Source: Planctomycetota bacterium (GTDB lineage Bacteria; Planctomycetota; Planctomycetia; Pirellulales; UBA1268). From it: a DNA stretch of 64,000 nt. Position numbers and translations under genes: made by a program. Positions 9,985 through 19,772 of this stretch are shown in pieces. The notes below the pieces were generated by a model that saw only the letters and a list, made by a program, of their open reading frames with translations, had not been told where the DNA came from and ran no database searches. Positions within the stretch are counted from its first letter, which is position 1. Each line of letters starts with the position of its first letter. Location of the stretch: NCBI GenBank assembly GCA_029978905.1, contig JAPOIM010000003.1, positions 37,528 to 101,527 on the forward strand. The letters are read 5' to 3'.

Positions 9985-11774
9985 CCCTGCGGGGCATCCG
10001 CCTGATGGCAAGGCAGATGCAACGCAAAGACCGAGCCCACGCCAGGCGTGCTCTTCACGTCAACACTTCCGCCGTGGGCCTGCACGATGTGTTTGACGAT
10101 CGAAAGCCCGAGGCCGGTGCCGCCAAGTTTGCGGCTGCGCCCTCGGTCGACGCGATAGAAGCGTTCAAAGATGCGCGGCAGATACTGCTCGTCGATACCG
10201 CTGCCTTCGTCTGCCACGGCGATGGTGATCGAGCGGTCGTCGTGGTCCTCTTTGAGCGTCACCGCGATGCGAACGGTCTTGCCGGGATCGCTGTACTTAA
10301 TGGCATTGTCGATCAGATTGATCAGGGCCTGCTCGAGCAGCGGCGGATTGACTGCGACGATCACGGCTGGGTCGCAGTCGACGCTGACTGCAATCGCACG
10401 TTCGTTGGCACGGAGCTGGCAGCTACCGATGGCAGCGTTGATGACCTCGATCAGGGAGACTGTTTCGAGCGTCAGATCGCTGCTCTCCTCGATGCGCTCG
10501 ATCCGCGAGAGGGCGAGCAGATCCTCAATGATCGCCTCGAGCCGCTCGGCCTGCCTCGCAATGATCGAAAGGAACCGCAGGGCATCCTCCCGATTCTCAA
10601 GGGCCCCATCCATCAATGTTTCCACGAAACCCCGGATGGAGGCGGTGGGCGTTTTCAGCTCATGGGAGACATTCGCGACAAAGTCGCGTCGGATGTTTTC
10701 AAGATGACGAAAGTGCGTGACATCGTTGAGCACAATCACTGCACCATGCTCGCTTCCGCTCGAGGACCGAAGCGCCGTTCCTCGAACAAGAAGCACCCGC
10801 TCGCGGGAGGCATCTCGCAGCACGAGGTCGTCTTCGATCGTTTCTTTGCAGTCGAGTGCCCGCAATACAAAACGGCGGAGGTCTGGATTGCGCACGACCT
10901 CCTGAAGGGGGCGGAGGAGAACCTTGCCGGGCTCGAGGCCAAGGAGATCGGCGGCCGCCGTGTTGATGCTCAAGATCCGATGGCGGTGGTCGACGGCAAG
11001 TACGCCCTCGACCATGCTTCCGAGGACGGCCGCTTGCTGCGAGCCCTGTCGGCCGATCGTGCGAGCCCGTTCGAGCAGCTGGTCCCGTAGGCCAGTCACT
11101 GCGGCGGCGATGGTGCTCAGCTCGGCAAGGTCGGGTGTGGGAATGGCGACCTGCAACGAGCCGCGGGCAAGTTGGCTGGCAGACTCGGCGAGTTCCTCAA
11201 CCCCTGCCGCAGCGCGTTTGGCGACGACGTAGCCAGCGGCGATCGCCACGGCCGCGGCCGCGAGAAAACGAAGCAGCAGCGACCATTGGCTCAGGCGGAG
11301 TTCCCGGTCAAGTGCGGTGGTTTCGGAGGTGACGCGGAGAATCCCGTTGTTTTCCGTGGCGACGGCGAGCGTGAGGACGCGCCGTCCCTGCTCGGCATCG
11401 TAATGGTCGCTGCGTGCTTCCGCGGCACCTTGGCGAATGGCCGCGATGGCACGGTCGGCTCCACGGCTGCTGTCTTCGTCACTCTCTGGCCTCGCCGGGT
11501 TGCCTTCGTGGTCGAAGAGGTCAAGCCGCAGATCAGTCGCGCGCTGCAGGCTGTCGGCAGACGCGTGCCACGGAGCGAGGGTGTCGGCGTTGAAAGGGCT
11601 GGCGGGCACTGCCGCCTCAGCCATCCTCGCCACATCCTGCATGCGACGGTATTCCCCCTCTTGGGAGAGGCGCGCGAGCCCCACGGAGGCAAGCCATGAC
11701 ATGGCCACCATGGTGGCGATCACCAAGCCACACCAACTCGCGAAGAGATGCCAAACAAGTCGGGTACGAGGCAT
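9981..11774 (-). CDS. phoR: PhoR-like sensor histidine kinase (2 TM, HAMP, PAS, HisKA, HATPase)
   Basis: RRDFVANVSHELKTP, NLIDNAIKY, DEGSGI and IFERFYRVDRGRSRKLGGTGLGLSIVKH. Confidence 0.85.
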   Translation of the reverse strand: MPRTRLVWHLFASWCGLVIATMVAMSWLASVGLARLSQEGEYRRMQDVARMAEAAVPASPFNADTLAPWHASADSLQRATDLRLDLFDHEGNPARPESDEDSSRGADRAIAAIRQGAAEARSDHYDAEQGRRVLTLAVATENNGILRVTSETTALDRELRLSQWSLLLRFLAAAAVAIAAGYVVAKRAAAGVEELAESASQLARGSLQVAIPTPDLAELSTIAAAVTGLRDQLLERARTIGRQGSQQAAVLGSMVEGVLAVDHRHRILSINTAAADLLGLEPGKVLLRPLQEVVRNPDLRRFVLRALDCKETIEDDLVLRDASRERVLLVRGTALRSSSGSEHGAVIVLNDVTHFRHLENIRRDFVANVSHELKTPTASIRGFVETLMDGALENREDALRFLSIIARQAERLEAIIEDLLALSRIERIEESSDLTLETVSLIEVINAAIGSCQLRANERAIAVSVDCDPAVIVAVNPPLLEQALINLIDNAIKYSDPGKTVRIAVTLKEDHDDRSITIAVADEGSGIDEQYLPRIFERFYRVDRGRSRKLGGTGLGLSIVKHIVQAHGGSVDVKSTPGVGSVFALHLPCHQADAPQG

Positions 11775-11817
11775 GAAGGGCGGTGGGAGCGGGCTGGGAG
11801 ATCAGGTTGGGATCGGC

Positions 11818-12522
11818 TTATGCACGAAACCGGTACCCGACGCCGCGAACGGTCTCGACATACGAGCCGAAGTCACCGAGCTTCTTGCGGAGCCCGGCGA
11901 CCTGCACATCCACCGATCGCTCCGTGACAGGATAATCCTCCCCCTTCACCGCGTCGACGATTTGGGTTCGCGTGTAGGCCCAGCCGGGACGCTTGGCGAG
12001 GAAAGCGAGCAACGCAAACTCGGTGTAGGTCAGCTCCAGCGGTTTTCCCGCGAGTGTCACTTCGTGCCGGCCCGGGTGGATCGAGAGTTCGTGGACATCG
12101 ATCGTGACGTCCTCCTCGCTCGCACGCTGCACCTCTTGCCGCCGCAGGAGAGCCTTGACCCGGGCGGTGAGCACCCGAGGGCTAAAGGGCTTGGTGATGT
12201 AATCGTCCGCCCCGCGTTCGAGGCCTCTGACGACATCGCTCTCCTCCGTTTTGGCGGTGAGCATGATGATCGGGATCTCACGCGTTTTCGTATCCGACTT
12301 GAGGCGGCGGCAGACCTCCAAGCCGTCGATGGCAGGCAGCATCAGGTCGAGCACGATCAGGCTCGGTGGTTGCCGTCTGGCAGACGCAAGCGCGTCTTCA
12401 CCCGTCGAGACGCAGGCCACGCGGTAACCAGCCTTGGCCAGGTTGTAGCGCACGAGTTCCAGCAGGTCGTCTTCGTCGTCGACGACGAGGATGGTGATCG
12501 CGTCGTCTGCAGCGCTCGGCAC
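11818..12522 (-). CDS. phoB: PhoB/OmpR-family response regulator
   Basis: VVDDE, LDLMLP, MLTAK, GADDYITKPFS and the wHTH TVRGVGYRF. AGGAG precedes GTG 12522; adjacent to the phoR-like kinase. Confidence 0.8.
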   Translation of the reverse strand: MPSAADDAITILVVDDEDDLLELVRYNLAKAGYRVACVSTGEDALASARRQPPSLIVLDLMLPAIDGLEVCRRLKSDTKTREIPIIMLTAKTEESDVVRGLERGADDYITKPFSPRVLTARVKALLRRQEVQRASEEDVTIDVHELSIHPGRHEVTLAGKPLELTYTEFALLAFLAKRPGWAYTRTQIVDAVKGEDYPVTERSVDVQVAGLRKKLGDFGSYVETVRGVGYRFRA

Positions 12523-12645
12523 GATGGACTCCTCTCGGGCAGCAGCCTCCCATGAATGGTCGGCCTCTCTGAACGACTGGAGTGTAAGTTGCCGGGGCGG
12601 TGGCAAAGATGAGTTTTGTGTGAGCCGAGCGTCTTTTTGGGCACG

Positions 12646-15600
12646 CTACGAGAAGAGCAGCTCGACATCTTCTGCCGTGAGGCTCGCGGCCATGCCTTCC
12701 TCCGCCCGCACGATCGACTCGGCGAGTTCCCGCTTCCGGGCCTGGAGTTGGACGATTTTTTCCTCGACGGTGTCGCGGGCGATCAGGCGGTAGGCAAAAA
12801 CCGGACGCGTCTGGCCAATGCGGTGGGCTCGGTCGACGGCCTGGGCCTCCACAGCGGGATTCCACCACGGATCAAGGATGTAGATATAGTCGGCGGCGGT
12901 CAGGTTGAGGCCCTGACCACCCGCCTTCAGCGAAATCAGAAAGAGACGGCAGTCGGGGTCTTCTTGGAAGCGATTGACACGTGCTTGGCGGTCGGTGGTC
13001 CTGCCGTCGAGGTATTCGTAGGTCGCGCCCTTGGCATCGAGGTGCTGCCGCAGGATTGCCAAAAAGCTTGTGAACTGGCTGAAGACCAGGACCTTGTGCC
13101 CTTCGTCGGTCACCTCGTCGAGCTGGCCCAGCAGCGCCTCGAGCTTTGCTCCTGGTTCACTCTTCTCAGTCGCATCGATGAGCCCCGGGTGGCACGCCGC
13201 CTGACGCAGCCGCAGCAGGGCTTCCAGGACAGCGATGCGAGAGCGTCCGATCCCCATGCGGCTGATCCGACCGGTGAGTTCCTGCCGGTAGTGCTCGCGG
13301 AGCTCGTCGTAGGCCTTTCGCTGTTTTTGCCCAAGTTCCACGACCAGCGTCTGCTCGGTCTTCTCAGGCAGGTCGGTGAGCACTTGGTTCTTCGTGCGTC
13401 GCAGCAGGTATGGCCGAACGGCGCGGGCCACGATGTCGGCGGCAGAGCCTCCCCGGCCACCGGCGAGAAACCGTCGCAGTCGCGTGGCAGTTCCAAGTTG
13501 GCCTGGGTTGAGGAACTCGAAGATGCTCCAGAGTTCGCCAATGTGGTTCTCGACCGGCGTGCCAGTCACCGCGAGGCGGTGTCGGGCGCGGAGGAGTCGG
13601 CAGGCCTTCGCGGCTTGGCTGCCGGCATTCTTAATGGTCTGCGCTTCGTCGAGCACGACGTAATCAAACTCGAGTTGGCGATGGTCCATCGCATCGCGGC
13701 GAAGGGTGCCGTAGGTGGTGAGGATGAGATCGGCGTCGGCGAGCGATTCGGCATTCTCACGTCGCGCGGCACCGGTGTGGTTGAGCACGCGCAGCTGCGG
13801 GGCAAATCGCTGCGACTCCTCCATCCAGTTGAAGATCAGGCTCTTCGGAACAACCACGAGCGAAGGACGGTGGCCGAGGCCTTCGGCGGCCACCAACTGC
13901 CGCCTGCGGAGGAGCATCGCGAGCACCTGGATCGTTTTGCCAAGACCCATGTCGTCGGCGAGGCAGCCACCGAGCCCCATCTTTTCCAAGAAGATGAGCC
14001 AGCCGAGGCCCTCCTTCTGATACTGGCGGAGGGTTCCCTGGAAGCCTTCGGGCTCCGTTTCCGGCTGCGGTCGCTCACCGCTGGTGAGTTCTTCCCGGAT
14101 CTTCTCAAACGCCTCGTCGACGCGGATGCTCGGCTGGCTGGCCAGGAGGGCATCGAGCAGGGCAGCCTGCATCCGCCCGTATCGCAGGCGACCATCCTGC
14201 TTCTGAGCGAGAGCGACCAATGGCTCCAGTTGGCCGGGCCAGTCGTCGGGAAGGATTCCCATCGAACCATCGGAAAGCTCCACCGCTCGGTCACCTCGAG
14301 CGATTGCTTCCAAGAGGGCGGGCATCTCGACGGTGACACCGCCGAAGTCGAGCGAGCCCGAGAGTTCGAACCAGTCGATTCCGCTCGTCACATGCCAAGC
14401 CATGCTGCCGGCAGGTCGATACCGGCGACCGGCGACCTCGACGGCCCAGCCCACCGCGGCGAGCTGCGCGACGGAGGCATCGAGCCGTTCGCGGGCGATT
14501 TCCACATGGTGCAGCGCGTCTGCGTCCTTCGGACTGACCCCGCCAAACCGTGGCAACTCGGCCACCGCGAACCGTTCCGCGTCACGATCCCGCAAGACGA
14601 GGATGTGCGAGGCCAGGTCGACAACACCACCGGCGGGATCGTCGGCAGCGACCAAAATGCCGCCGTAGTCAAACCAGACCCGGCCGGCCAATCGCACCCG
14701 CTGCTGCTTTCGTCGCCGCACGCCGGAACCGTCGGGCTCGGCACTGACCGCTGGCGAATCGTCGAGGACGAGTTTGGGGCGTGGCTGGCCGGATTCGATT
14801 CTCCAGCCTGTCCACGCTGGCAGCACCAACCGTGGAGGATTGGCGAGGCCGGCGAGTTGTTCGATGAGTCCGTCGATGTGCTGGCCGGGAAGTTCGAGCG
14901 CCCCACGTCGCTCGAACTGTTCAAGCCACCCCACATCGTTTCCCAGATCGACCCGGGCAAGGCGGTCGTCAAAGATGGCGAGACCGCAGCGGAGGATGGC
15001 TCGGGCGCTGCTCAGGGCCCTCCGCTGGCTTCCTTGCGTGAGCATGCCTTCGAGCGTCGCCTTCGGGGGGCGTTTGGGCCCGTCGCGGCGTGAGTTGCCT
15101 GTGAGCGTCGACTCTTCCTCACTGGTTGTGGGTGGGTCGTCCGGCCCCACCACGAGGGAGAACTGCCATGGTCGACTGCCATCCCAGGCGAGGGGAATCG
15201 CGAGCTCTGGATTGCGGCGAGGCTCGGGTTGATACAGCAGCCGGCCACGCTCACACAGCCAGGCCAGCCGTGCGGTGACCGCCGACTCATCAATCAGGAT
15301 GCGGCTGACTTCCGAGGTCGATGCCGATTCAGAATAGCCACGGTCGACTACCGCGGTGCTGCCGAGCAGTTCGGCGAGCACGGCCCGCTCGTGAACGTCG
15401 AGTTGTTCTTTGAGGGCCGCGTCGATCACGACCGGCTTCGGCCGTCCCGTCGCATTGCCGGCGACATCGACGGTGATTCTCGCAGGTGTGAGCAGAACGC
15501 CTTTGGTTTCCGCAGACGCATTGATTTCGAGCAGGAACACCAGGCCCCCGCTGCCGCGACGAGCGTCGCCAAGTTGGAATGAGCGGGTCCGCACGGCGGG

Positions 15601-16164
15601 TTCGACAAGCCGGCGCCTCGTTTCGAGGTCGACGGACCAGGCCGGTTGACGGCCTGATGGCCAGGCGATTTTGGGGGGTTCGATCGCAGCGTGGACGTTC
15701 AGGGCCGGGGCCTCGTCGCTCGGCTCCTGCCGGTCGTCGTCGAATTCGGCGGGCTCGTCCGCGAGCACATCGCTGGGCTCGTCTGCGAGCATCTCCTCAT
15801 CGAAGAGTTCCTCTTCCTCAGCGTCTTCGTCGGCCAGCACGTCGAGTTCGATGGGGGTGTGCTCGTGAACGCCCGAAAAGAAGCCGCGACGATCGACCTC
15901 CAGGAGCACAGCCGCCAACTCGGCCGAGGGCAGGCCAGCCTTGCCACGGCGGCTCGAACAACGTGTTTCAAGCGTCATTCCGCCACGACGCGTGGCCGAG
16001 AGCTCAAGCGAGACGTCGTGGGTGTTGCCGGTTTCGTCGCTGACGACAGCCTTCACCTGGCCGACACGAGGCGACGAAACCTGAACGGGACGAATCTCGC
16101 GATTGGCCCGGTCGATGTCGGACGGCTCGAACAGATGAAATAGGCGTTTGGCGAGACTTGTCAT
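12646..16164 (-). CDS. SNF2-family ATPase/helicase (SWIM/SNF2 type)
   Basis: LRQYQKEG, LADDMGLGKT, DEAQ, TGTPVEN, FSQF, SLKAGGQGLNLT and DPWWNPAVEAQAVDRAHRIGQ. Confidence 0.92.
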   Translation of the reverse strand: MTSLAKRLFHLFEPSDIDRANREIRPVQVSSPRVGQVKAVVSDETGNTHDVSLELSATRRGGMTLETRCSSRRGKAGLPSAELAAVLLEVDRRGFFSGVHEHTPIELDVLADEDAEEEELFDEEMLADEPSDVLADEPAEFDDDRQEPSDEAPALNVHAAIEPPKIAWPSGRQPAWSVDLETRRRLVEPAVRTRSFQLGDARRGSGGLVFLLEINASAETKGVLLTPARITVDVAGNATGRPKPVVIDAALKEQLDVHERAVLAELLGSTAVVDRGYSESASTSEVSRILIDESAVTARLAWLCERGRLLYQPEPRRNPELAIPLAWDGSRPWQFSLVVGPDDPPTTSEEESTLTGNSRRDGPKRPPKATLEGMLTQGSQRRALSSARAILRCGLAIFDDRLARVDLGNDVGWLEQFERRGALELPGQHIDGLIEQLAGLANPPRLVLPAWTGWRIESGQPRPKLVLDDSPAVSAEPDGSGVRRRKQQRVRLAGRVWFDYGGILVAADDPAGGVVDLASHILVLRDRDAERFAVAELPRFGGVSPKDADALHHVEIARERLDASVAQLAAVGWAVEVAGRRYRPAGSMAWHVTSGIDWFELSGSLDFGGVTVEMPALLEAIARGDRAVELSDGSMGILPDDWPGQLEPLVALAQKQDGRLRYGRMQAALLDALLASQPSIRVDEAFEKIREELTSGERPQPETEPEGFQGTLRQYQKEGLGWLIFLEKMGLGGCLADDMGLGKTIQVLAMLLRRRQLVAAEGLGHRPSLVVVPKSLIFNWMEESQRFAPQLRVLNHTGAARRENAESLADADLILTTYGTLRRDAMDHRQLEFDYVVLDEAQTIKNAGSQAAKACRLLRARHRLAVTGTPVENHIGELWSIFEFLNPGQLGTATRLRRFLAGGRGGSAADIVARAVRPYLLRRTKNQVLTDLPEKTEQTLVVELGQKQRKAYDELREHYRQELTGRISRMGIGRSRIAVLEALLRLRQAACHPGLIDATEKSEPGAKLEALLGQLDEVTDEGHKVLVFSQFTSFLAILRQHLDAKGATYEYLDGRTTDRQARVNRFQEDPDCRLFLISLKAGGQGLNLTAADYIYILDPWWNPAVEAQAVDRAHRIGQTRPVFAYRLIARDTVEEKIVQLQARKRELAESIVRAEEGMAASLTAEDVELLFS

Positions 16165-16252
16165 GCAGAACAGAGCAGGCGTGGCATCTGGTGAGCGTCA
16201 ATGGGGAACTCGCCAGTCTAGCCCCGCAGGCTCTGAACACCAACGCCGCGTC

Positions 16253-17314
16253 TCAACCACCTTTTACAGTGGCAATCAGCTCAAGAACATTGTCGACGGG
16301 TGTCAGCGGCAGCACCCCGTGTCCGAGATTGAAGATGTGGCCCGGTTTGCCGCCCGCGGCCTGGAGCACCTCGAGCGTGCGATTCCGCACGGTCTCTCGA
16401 TCGCTCAGCAGAATTGCCGGATCGAGGTTGCCCTGCACAGCTCGCTCGTCACCCACCACACGCCGTGCATCGCTGAGGTCGATGCGCCAGTCGATCCCGA
16501 TCACGCTCCCGCCAGACTCTGCCAGCAGTGGTAGCAGTGCGGGATTGCCGGTGGCAAAGTTGATCACCGGCACGCGCGTGGCAGCCTCACGGATGGCTGC
16601 TGCCGTGTGCGGGAGCACGTAGCGGCGATAGTCGGCAGGGCTGAGGCATCCTACCCAGCTGTCAAACACCTGCAGGATCTGCGCGCCGGCATCGATTTGG
16701 GCGAGCAGGTAACGGCTGATTCCCCGTGCCATGCGAGCCATCATCTCGTGCCATGCCCCCTCGTCGCGATACATGACCGTCTTCGTGCGGCTCCAGGAGC
16801 GGCTGGTGCCGCCTTCAATGCAGTAGCCCGCGAGCGTGAACGGGGCGCCGGCAAAGCCGATCAGCGGCAGGGCGGGATTGAGTGCGGCCCGCGTTTGACG
16901 GACGGTTTCGAAGACAAACTCCAGCGACGAGAGATCCTCGAGTTCCTGCAGGCGAGCGAGGTCGCGGGGATCGAGCAGGGCGTTGTGGATCACCGGTCCG
17001 CCGTCCACGGGATAGTCGAGGTCCATCCCCATCGGCTCAAGGATCGGCAGCAAATCGCTGAAGATGATGGCCGCATCCACTTCCAACCGCTCGACCGTGG
17101 CGATCATCACCTCGGTGGCGAGTTCGGGTGTGCTGCAGAGTTCTTTGAACGTCACCTTTTCCCGCACGCGCCGGTATTCGGGGAGGTACCGCCCTGCCTG
17201 CCGCATCAGCCACACCGGCGTCCGTTCCACGGGTTCTCGCCGACAGGCCCGCATCACCAAGGAGTCGTGCCAGGGTTCCGAGGCGGGGCTGGCAGGGGAA
17301 GGCTGGTCGGGCAT
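16253..17314 (-). CDS. hemE: Uroporphyrinogen decarboxylase
   Basis: PVWLMRQAGRYLPEY, FSD, GFAGAPFTL, QGNLDP and HIFNLGHG. Start uncertain (17314-17359). Confidence 0.95.
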   Translation of the reverse strand: MPDQPSPASPASEPWHDSLVMRACRREPVERTPVWLMRQAGRYLPEYRRVREKVTFKELCSTPELATEVMIATVERLEVDAAIIFSDLLPILEPMGMDLDYPVDGGPVIHNALLDPRDLARLQELEDLSSLEFVFETVRQTRAALNPALPLIGFAGAPFTLAGYCIEGGTSRSWSRTKTVMYRDEGAWHEMMARMARGISRYLLAQIDAGAQILQVFDSWVGCLSPADYRRYVLPHTAAAIREAATRVPVINFATGNPALLPLLAESGGSVIGIDWRIDLSDARRVVGDERAVQGNLDPAILLSDRETVRNRTLEVLQAAGGKPGHIFNLGHGVLPLTPVDNVLELIATVKGG

Positions 17315-17443
17315 GGCGAAACTCTGTGGGTCGTGAGGAACGTGTCGGCTGGAGGGCAAAAAAGCCCACCTTCTGCGGAGTCTTGGCGGCTTCTCTGTTT
17401 TCGGCGGCTCGCTAACTACAATTAACCTGGTTTTTGACTCAGT

Positions 17444-18349
17444 GTGGAGACGGCACCCCGTATGGGCGATTTCGTGGCAGGGATTTCAGTGGTCTGTTTC
17501 GCCGCAAGTTATGCGGTGGCACTGGCCTTTGAAGCCTCCAGGCTGCTCTTCCGGTCCGGGGTCCGTGGCGCGGCGATGCTGGGGTTCGCGACGGCCGGCC
17601 TGTTTGCGCACACGCTCTTTCTGCTGTGGCGGGCGATCAACGAGCCGGTGGTGCCGCTGTCGAGCGAGTTCGACTGGTATCTGCTGGCGGCCTGGCTCCT
17701 GGCGGCGGGTTCGCTGTGGCTCACGGTTGCCAACCCAAAGACGCCGGTGGGCCTCTTCTTTCTGCCCATCGTGCTGCTCTTGATCGGTCGGGCCGAGATG
17801 TCGAGCCGCACGCCGTTCCCGCAAAACCCGGCGACGCAGGCGTGGGGGATGATCCACGGGAGTTTTAATCTCGCGGCGAGCGTGGCTGTGGCGATCGGAG
17901 CGGTGGCTGGACTGATGTGGTTGATCCAGGCCGGCAGGCTCTCGCGGAAGGCGACTCCCCTTCGCGGCTTCCGCATGCCAAGCCTGGAGAAACTGGCGAT
18001 CCTCACCAGCCGCTGTGCCTTGGTTGCTGCCACCACAGGCGCCGCGGGCTTCCTCTCCGGAATCGTGCTCAATGCGGTGAACCAGCAGCAGGGCCTGCTC
18101 GAAACCGTGCCGTGGAACGACCCCGTCGTGCTGCGGATGGGCTTGCTGGTGGCGTGGCTGTTGGTGGCTGCGGTGGTCTCTCGGGTGCTCGCAAGGCGGC
18201 CCGAGGGAACGCGGGTGACCGCCTCGCTCTCGCTTGTGAGCCTCGTGGTGCTCGCCGCCTCGATGGTGTGGGGCCTTGTGGGACCAACCCGACACGGAAA
18301 GTCTCCTGAGGTGGTGAAGGCGGACGCCGCTGCGGGAGACACGCCATGA
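17444..18349 (+). CDS. Cytochrome c assembly (CcsA/HemX-like) membrane protein
   Basis: About 8 TM helices, conserved His (MIHG), PSLEKL and PWNDP. Overlaps the hemA start. Confidence 0.75.
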   Translation: METAPRMGDFVAGISVVCFAASYAVALAFEASRLLFRSGVRGAAMLGFATAGLFAHTLFLLWRAINEPVVPLSSEFDWYLLAAWLLAAGSLWLTVANPKTPVGLFFLPIVLLLIGRAEMSSRTPFPQNPATQAWGMIHGSFNLAASVAVAIGAVAGLMWLIQAGRLSRKATPLRGFRMPSLEKLAILTSRCALVAATTGAAGFLSGIVLNAVNQQQGLLETVPWNDPVVLRMGLLVAWLLVAAVVSRVLARRPEGTRVTASLSLVSLVVLAASMVWGLVGPTRHGKSPEVVKADAAAGDTP

Positions 18350-19620
18350 CGCTGGCCCTCCTCGGCGCGACCCATCACAGTGTTCCTCTAGCGCTTCGCG
18401 AGCGGCTTGCGTTCACGACCGAGCAAGCCATCGACGCCATCGGGCGATTCCGCGACATCTTTCCCGGTCGGGAGATCGTGCTGCTCTCAACGTGCAATCG
18501 CGTCGAGATCTACACCGCGGGTGAGCAGGACGCGCCTCCCCCGACCGCCGACGAGATGGTGCGGTTTCTCGCCGACTGCCGCGGCCTCAACGCGGGCGAC
18601 CTCGCGGGCCACCTCGACTGCCAGGTTGACCAGGCGGTGGTGCGGCACCTCTTCGGCGTTGCCAGTGGCCTCGACAGCATGGTGCTGGGGGAACCGCAGA
18701 TTCTCTCGCAGGTGAAGCAAGCGTGGGCGATGGCGCGCGAGCGCGACTCTGCCGGTCCACTTACGACGGAGATGTTTCAGTCCGCGCTACGAACCGCAAA
18801 GCGTGTGGCGAGTGAGACCGCCATCGGACGTGAACGGCTTTCCATCCCAAGTGTGGCCGTCGCGGATTTCGCGCGAGGTGTTTTCGAACGCTTTGACGAC
18901 AAGCGGGTGTTGCTGCTCGGTGCCGGCAAGATGGCGGCCGAAACGCTCCTGTATCTGCGTGACGGAGGAGCGCGACATGTCGTGCTGCTCAACCGCAGCC
19001 GAGCGCGGGCCGACGAGCTCGCGGAGAAACTCGGCGGCGTGGCAGTCGACTGGTCACGACTCGATGAAGAACTCGCGCTAGCCGATCTCGTGGTGAGCAC
19101 GACCGGCGCCAGCGAACCGGTTGTCGACGCCGCCCGCTACGCGACGATCGAACCGGCCCGTGGTGGTCGGCCCTTGGTGGTGCTTGATCTCGCCGTGCCT
19201 CGCGACTTTGATCCCGCCATCAACAGCCGCCCGGGTGTGTGGCTCTACTCCATCGAAGACCTCGCCGCTGCCTGTGAAGCCAACCGCCGCAAGCGGCAGC
19301 GGGAGATCCCGGCGGCACTCGCGATCGTCGAAGAAGAGACCAGCCGTTTCATGGCCGAACTCCATCACCGCCACACCGGGCCGGTGATCGAGCAGCTGCG
19401 TGCCGGGTGGAACGAAACAGGCGAGGCAGAACTGGAACGGCTCTTCCGCAAACTGCCCGAACTCGATTCCGCGGCCCGCCTCGAGATCCGCAAAGCCTTC
19501 GACCGCTACGCCGCGAAGCTTTTGCATCGGCCGCTGACATCCCTCCGTCACGAAAGCCATTCCGGCCCGCCGCACGGCTTGCTCGATGCGCTGAAGCGGT
19601 TGTTTCACCTTGAGGACTAA
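18346..19620 (+). CDS. hemA: Glutamyl-tRNA reductase
   Basis: LSTCNRVEIY, SGLDSMVLGEPQILSQVK, GAGKM and DLAVPRD. Confidence 0.96.
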   Translation: MTLALLGATHHSVPLALRERLAFTTEQAIDAIGRFRDIFPGREIVLLSTCNRVEIYTAGEQDAPPPTADEMVRFLADCRGLNAGDLAGHLDCQVDQAVVRHLFGVASGLDSMVLGEPQILSQVKQAWAMARERDSAGPLTTEMFQSALRTAKRVASETAIGRERLSIPSVAVADFARGVFERFDDKRVLLLGAGKMAAETLLYLRDGGARHVVLLNRSRARADELAEKLGGVAVDWSRLDEELALADLVVSTTGASEPVVDAARYATIEPARGGRPLVVLDLAVPRDFDPAINSRPGVWLYSIEDLAAACEANRRKRQREIPAALAIVEEETSRFMAELHHRHTGPVIEQLRAGWNETGEAELERLFRKLPELDSAARLEIRKAFDRYAAKLLHRPLTSLRHESHSGPPHGLLDALKRLFHLED

Positions 19621-19630
19621 CGGGGCGCTC

Positions 19631-19768
19631 GGGGCGAGCCCAGTGCTGCCCCGCCGGACGTTCGCTGCGGGCCCTCCAGGCCCTCGCTCACTCGGATGTC
19701 CGCTGCGCTTTGGCCCTCCGGGCGTCGCTTGCTCCCATACGCCGGCGGGTCAGCACCGGGCTCGCCCC
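19631..19768. repeat. 138-bp palindromic element (REP/MITE-like) between convergent genes
   Basis: 27-bp terminal inverted repeats at 19631-19657 and 19742-19768 with 2 mismatches, plus an imperfect internal direct repeat. Confidence 0.75.
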
Positions 19769-19772
19769 TCGC

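Noticed and set aside
12616-15093. 825-aa + strand ORF
   Set aside because: Antisense shadow of the SNF2 gene with no motifs; typical of high-GC codon bias.
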